From the NCBI GenBank assembly GCA_030390025.1, contig CM059432.1:34536001-34600000 (forward strand): a stretch of DNA of 64,000 nt, given 5' to 3'. The stretch comes from Squalus acanthias (taxonomy: Eukaryota). Both the position numbers and the translations under genes were made by a program. The notes under the pieces were generated by a model that saw nothing but the letters and a program-made list of their open reading frames with translations, had not been told where the DNA came from and made no database searches. Shown here piece after piece: positions 59,350-64,000 of this stretch; position 1 is the stretch's first letter, and every line of letters starts with the position of its first letter.

Positions 59350-59503
59350 CTCTACACTGTCCAATTAAATACTCCCAGGACAGGTACAACACTGGTTAGA
59401 TACAGAGTAAAGCGCCCTCTACAGTGTCCCATTTAAAAACTCCCAGAGCAAGTACAGCACGGGTTAGATACAGAGTAAAGCTCCTTCTATGCTGTCCCAT
59501 CAA
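59350..59503. repeat. About 68-bp tandem repeat (2+ copies); dispersed units at about 46640-46730 (-) and 48610-48665
   Basis: GGTTAGATACAGAGTAAAGC.CC.TCTA..GTCCCAT occurs twice, 68 bp apart. Confidence 0.75.
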
Positions 59504-60423
59504 GGTATTACCATTCTGGACTGGAAAGGATCTGAAATCAGCATTTTTAAAGTAGTAATATCCGGGTTAATTCTGCGATCCTGCACTGTTGGTAGGAAGC
59601 TGTACTCACGTGAGTGTGGCTCAGGACTACTATATTGCAGTCCCAACTCTATGACCTGCACTCATTACGAGCCAAGCCCCATTGGGAGTGCGGGATCACA
59701 GTTATTTCTAACCTTTTCCAGATCTTGTAGGAATCGTGTGTTGGAACACGTTTTGCTGTTCTGTAAGACTCCAATGTTTCTCATGGGTTTTCCCTCGCTG
59801 GGTTGTCCTGCTGCGGTCTATTTTCTCTGCTGCTCCGCATCATCTCCCTGATGCAGGGTGAAGCAGCGGGCAGCGGCCGTTGTCTTGGTGCTTTTGTTTT
59901 TTGGTAGAAAGCCTCTGCCCTAAACTTTAACCTGCCTTTTCTCTTTCAGGTGCTGACTGGCCTGCTGGGTATTTCCAGTGTTTTCTGAATTTTATTTCGG
60001 ATTGCCGGTATTTACAGTTTACCTCCTGTGTTCCCAGAACTATTGCTTTTTTCTAGGCCTGAGGTCATCGAGCTGTATGATGCTCTGGTCATGAAATTTG
60101 AGGTGTTATCACAAGAGGTATAGGTTATAAAAGTCAAAATGTAATAATGAGCCGATATAAAACCTCAGTTAGAAAATTGTGTGCAGTATTGGGCTCCATG
60201 CTATTGAAGGATAGTGAGGTTTTGGAGAGGGTACAGCACAGATTCACTCAGATGCTGCCTGATATGAGGAAATATAAATATGAAGAAAGACTTGAAAATT
60301 TGGGGCTTTTTTTGTCAGAACAACGCAGATTACGGAGCAATATAATAGAATTGTTTAAAATTATGAAAGGATGACACAGGATAGTTAGAAGCAGACTGTT
60401 TCCAGTAGAATGAGGGGCCACAA

Positions 60424-62080
60424 ATCATAGAATGATACAGCACAGAAGGAGGCCATTCAGCCCATCATGCCTGTGCTGGCTCTTTGCTAGAGCTATCCAA
60501 TAACTCCCACTCACCTGTCCTATCTCCCTAGCCCTGTAAATTGTTTCCATCCAAGTATTTATCCAATTGCCTTTTGAAAGATACTATTGAATCTGCTTCC
60601 ACCACCCTTTCATACTGTGCATTCAGATCACAACTTGCTGTGTAAAAAAAAAAAAAAAAGTTGGCTCTGTTCTTTTGCCAATCACTTTTTAAATCTGTGT
60701 CCTCTGGTTACCGACCCTTCTGCCACTGGAAACAGTTTCTTCTTATTTACTCTATCAAAACCGTTCATGATTTTGAACACCTATTAAATCTCCTCCTAAG
60801 GAGAACAACCCCAGCTTCTCCAGTCTCTCCACATAACTGAAGTCCCTCAGCCCTTGTACCATTCTAGTAAATCACTTCTGCACCCTCTCCAAGGCCTTGA
60901 CTTCCTTCCTAAAGTGTGGTTCCCAGAATTGGACACAGTACTCCAGCTGAGGGCAAACCAGTGTTTTATAAAGGTTTAGCATAACTTCCTTGCTTTTGTA
61001 CTCTATATGCCTCTATTAATAAAGGTCATGATGCGGAGATGCCGGTGTTGGACTGGGGTGGACAAAATAGAGAGGTCGCACAACACCAGGTTATAGTCCA
61101 ACAGTTTTATTTTAACTCACAAGCTTTCGGAGTTACAACTCCTTCGTCGGGTGAAGTGACTTCGTCACTTCACCCGACGAAGGAGTTGTAACTCCGAAAG
61201 CTTGTGATTTAAAATAAAACTGTTGGACTATAACCTGGTGTTGTGCGACCTCTCTATTAATAAAGCCAAGGATGCCATATGCTTTTTTAACAACTTTCTC
61301 AACTTGCCCTGTCACATTCAAAGATTTGTGTACATACACTCCCAGATCTCTCTCTTCCTGCATCCCCTTTAAAATTGTATAATTTAGTTCATATTGCCTC
61401 TCCTCATTCTTCCTACATAAAGGTATCACTTTATACTTCCTCCTCACTGTTTACTACATTTGAGTTTCGTGTCATCTGCAAACTTTTAAATTATGCCCTA
61501 TTAAACCCAAGTCCACGTCATTAATATATATCAAAAAGAACAGTGGTACTAATAACGACCCCTGGGTGACACCACTGCACACTTCCCTCCAGTCTGAAAA
61601 ACAACCATTCACCACTACTCTCTGCTTTCTGTCCCTTAGCCAATTACGTATCCGCACTGTCACTGTCCCTTTAATCCCGTGGGCTTTAATTTTGCTAACA
61701 AGTCTATTATGTGGTACTTTGTCAAATGCCTTTTGAAAGTCCATAAACACAACATCAACCGCACTACCCTCATCAACCCCCTCCGTTGCTTCATCAAAGA
61801 ACTTGATCAAGTTAGTCAAACACGATTTGGCTTTAACAAATCCATGCTGACTTTCATTTATTAGCCCATACTTTTCCAAATGCCAATTAATTTGGTCCCG
61901 AATGATTGTGTCTCAAAGTTTCCCCACCACCGACTTTAGGCTGACTGGCCTATAATTGCCGGGTTTACTCCTCTCCCCTTTTTTAAGCAGGGGTGTAACA
62001 TTTGCAATCCTCCAGTCCCCTGGCAGCGCCCCCATATCTAAGTAGGATTGGAAGATTGTGACCAGACCCTCCGCAGTTTC
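60424..62080 (-). mobile_element. 5'-truncated CR1 nested in an older plus-strand CR1 (about 60115-62500)
   Basis: ORF 61472-61879 (QHGF..DFQKAFDKV); tail at 60424; the host CR1 resumes at about 62081. Confidence 0.9.
61025..61258. mobile_element. Short palindromic Penelope-type element with hammerhead motifs
   Basis: Arms 61066-61160 and 61164-61258 (94/95 complementary), about 40-bp unpaired extension, flanking duplication CTCTATTAATAAAG. Confidence 0.8.
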
Positions 62081-62805
62081 AAGATACAAGATTCAATGCA
62101 AGAGATTTAGAACAGAGGGCAAGCGAAACATAGAAACATAGAAAAATAGGAGCAGGAGTAGGCCATTCGGCCCTTCAAGTCTGCTCTGCCATTCACTATG
62201 ATCATGGCTGATCCTCTATCTCAATACCATATTCCCGTGCTCTCTCCATACCCCCTGACACCTTTTGCGTCTAGAAACCTCTTCAGAGTTGTGAGGCTGT
62301 GGATTTCATTTCCAGGGTTCGTGATTGAGGCAGAAATTATGCCAACATTCAAAATAAGATTGGATAGATTGATGAAGGGAAAGGGGATGAAGGGATATGG
62401 GAACAGGGTGGGTAAATATGATTAGAACTATTTGCTCACATGGAGCGTAAACATCGACACTGACTGGGCCGAATGGCCTGTTACCGTGTTGTAACTTTTA
62501 TGTATTTCTGTGTTCAGTTCTGGTCACCAAGAAACAAGGGAAATATCCAAGTCTGGGGATCAGCGTACAGAAGGGTCATTAGGCAGATCCCAAATCTCGA
62601 AGGACTGAGCAATGAAGAATGGTTAGAAAAACTCTCCAGCCTTGAAAGGAGACAAAAGGGAGGGGGCTTTAGAGAGGATGTAAGAAACTAAGTGGAATAG
62701 AAAAGGTTAATACAAAACACTACTTCAAGTCAGACCATGAATGCAGGACAGAGGGACATGGGTATAAACTGGTAAAAGGAAATTTCAGCACTTCACACAC
62801 ACAAA

Positions 62806-63286
62806 GGGGTCGATTTTCACTGACTTCGCCTGATGTTAATAGGGCCATAATGGCCTCAAAATGGGGTCGGTAGACTTACCACCCTGTTAACACTGGCGAT
62901 GTAGCCGGCTCCATTTTGAAAGGGGCCTACTGTGGATTTTCAAAGAGACTGCATTTTTCAGCAGATAGACCCCTTTTAATATGGAAATCAGGGTCTTATG
63001 AGTGCTCCTCTGGGGCTCAGAAAAATAATCTGGCCCACTGCCATTCCGGGAGCTCTACCCTTCGCGATGACAACCGCTCCCTGCAACTTCCGTTGCTGGT
63101 GGTCACGGCCCTGGCTTCAATCCGGCGAGCCACACGGGAGACACCTGTTTGGCACCCCGCAGCTCGTCTGCCCGATTTAAAGGAGGCCGGGGCCTCAAAT
63201 TCGCTAAAACTCTTCGCTGCCGGAACGGGCGGCCGGTCTTGCGAGTAAGCCAGGCAGTTGGTCGCCCAAAAGTCAAAACCGACCCC
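62806..63286. mobile_element. Harbinger-like MITE inside an old CR1
   Basis: TIRs GGGGTCGATTTT / AAAACCGACCCC; the host CR1 rejoins across it. Confidence 0.7.
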
Positions 63287-64000
63287 AGAGTGACTAATAG
63301 CTGGAATGCGCTCCAGGTAGGGGAGTGGGGCCAAAAGCTCAAGTCATTCAAGAGGCTGCTGAATGCCATTTTGGAGGGGGATCGTAGGTGTCTATGGAAG
63401 GATGAACTAGATGGACTGAATGATCTTCCTCATCTCTACATATCTCTAAGAAATCTGAATTTAAAACAATCAGCAGCTGACGGGGGCAGAAACAGTCAAA
63501 GACCTGACTCTTTTTTCTATAATGTGTTCAGAGAATGGGCTCATTCAGACATTCGCAGGGCCTCTTGATAAAATTATCCACTGGGTTCACCCAAGGCCGC
63601 CTTCACACAAAAGGAGTGCTTGTGGCACTCTGACTTTTCCACCACGGTGCACCAAGCTTCTCCTCCTGTTGGTCTCAAAAGACTTTTCTCCTGTGTGTTC
63701 GTACTCACACGATAGGATCCTACTGCCACAGACAATTCTTGAATTCAACAAGACTCTGGTCTCTGAAGGAGTTTTGGTTAATGCATCATTACAGAATGTG
63801 TCCCAAGGTTCATAGCCTGGCTGGGTCTTTGTCTGGCTACAGGAGCAAAATTCAACATTAAAGACATTGGATAGAGAATGGGCCCCCGTGACAGTTTTAG
63901 TCGCTATTTATTGAGTTCTAAATTGTAAGTATTACCTTGCAAGAGAAACTCCCCAAGTTTCTCTCCTCCTCTTGAAGGTATCGAGTCTTTCCGGGATATA

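Overview
This is vertebrate genomic DNA, most likely from a cartilaginous fish (inferred from the repeat families: abundant CR1 LINEs, SacSINE1/Deu-type SINEs, Penelope-like elements). Most of the window is nested transposable elements. Two host genes are recognisable. (1) An uninterrupted CDS for a CDK5 activator (p35/CDK5R1-like, 38787-39695, +) sits in a TE-poor island with a probable non-coding first exon and a 3' UTR of about 2.4 kb. (2) The last coding exon of a class I myosin (MYO1G/MYO1D-like, 59083-59239, -) is absent from the ORF track and lies tail-to-tail with the first gene. The pair may be an extra CDK5R-MYO1 ohnolog block. Notable mobile elements: a very young, GC-rich Gypsy LTR element with CsRn1/Kabuki-clade hallmarks (LTRs 245/246 identical, tRNA-Trp PBS, GGTG TSD), whose protease is broken by a 47-bp duplication; a 3.2-kb single-ORF LINE with a tRNA-like Pol III head whose ends recur as SINEs; Penelope-type elements with minimal hammerhead ribozyme motifs, one forming a palindrome with 95-bp arms; Harbinger and hAT MITEs; and several minisatellites. 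All family and gene assignments are by eye and from recalled sequences, with no database search. Repeat boundaries are approximate unless junctions are quoted.
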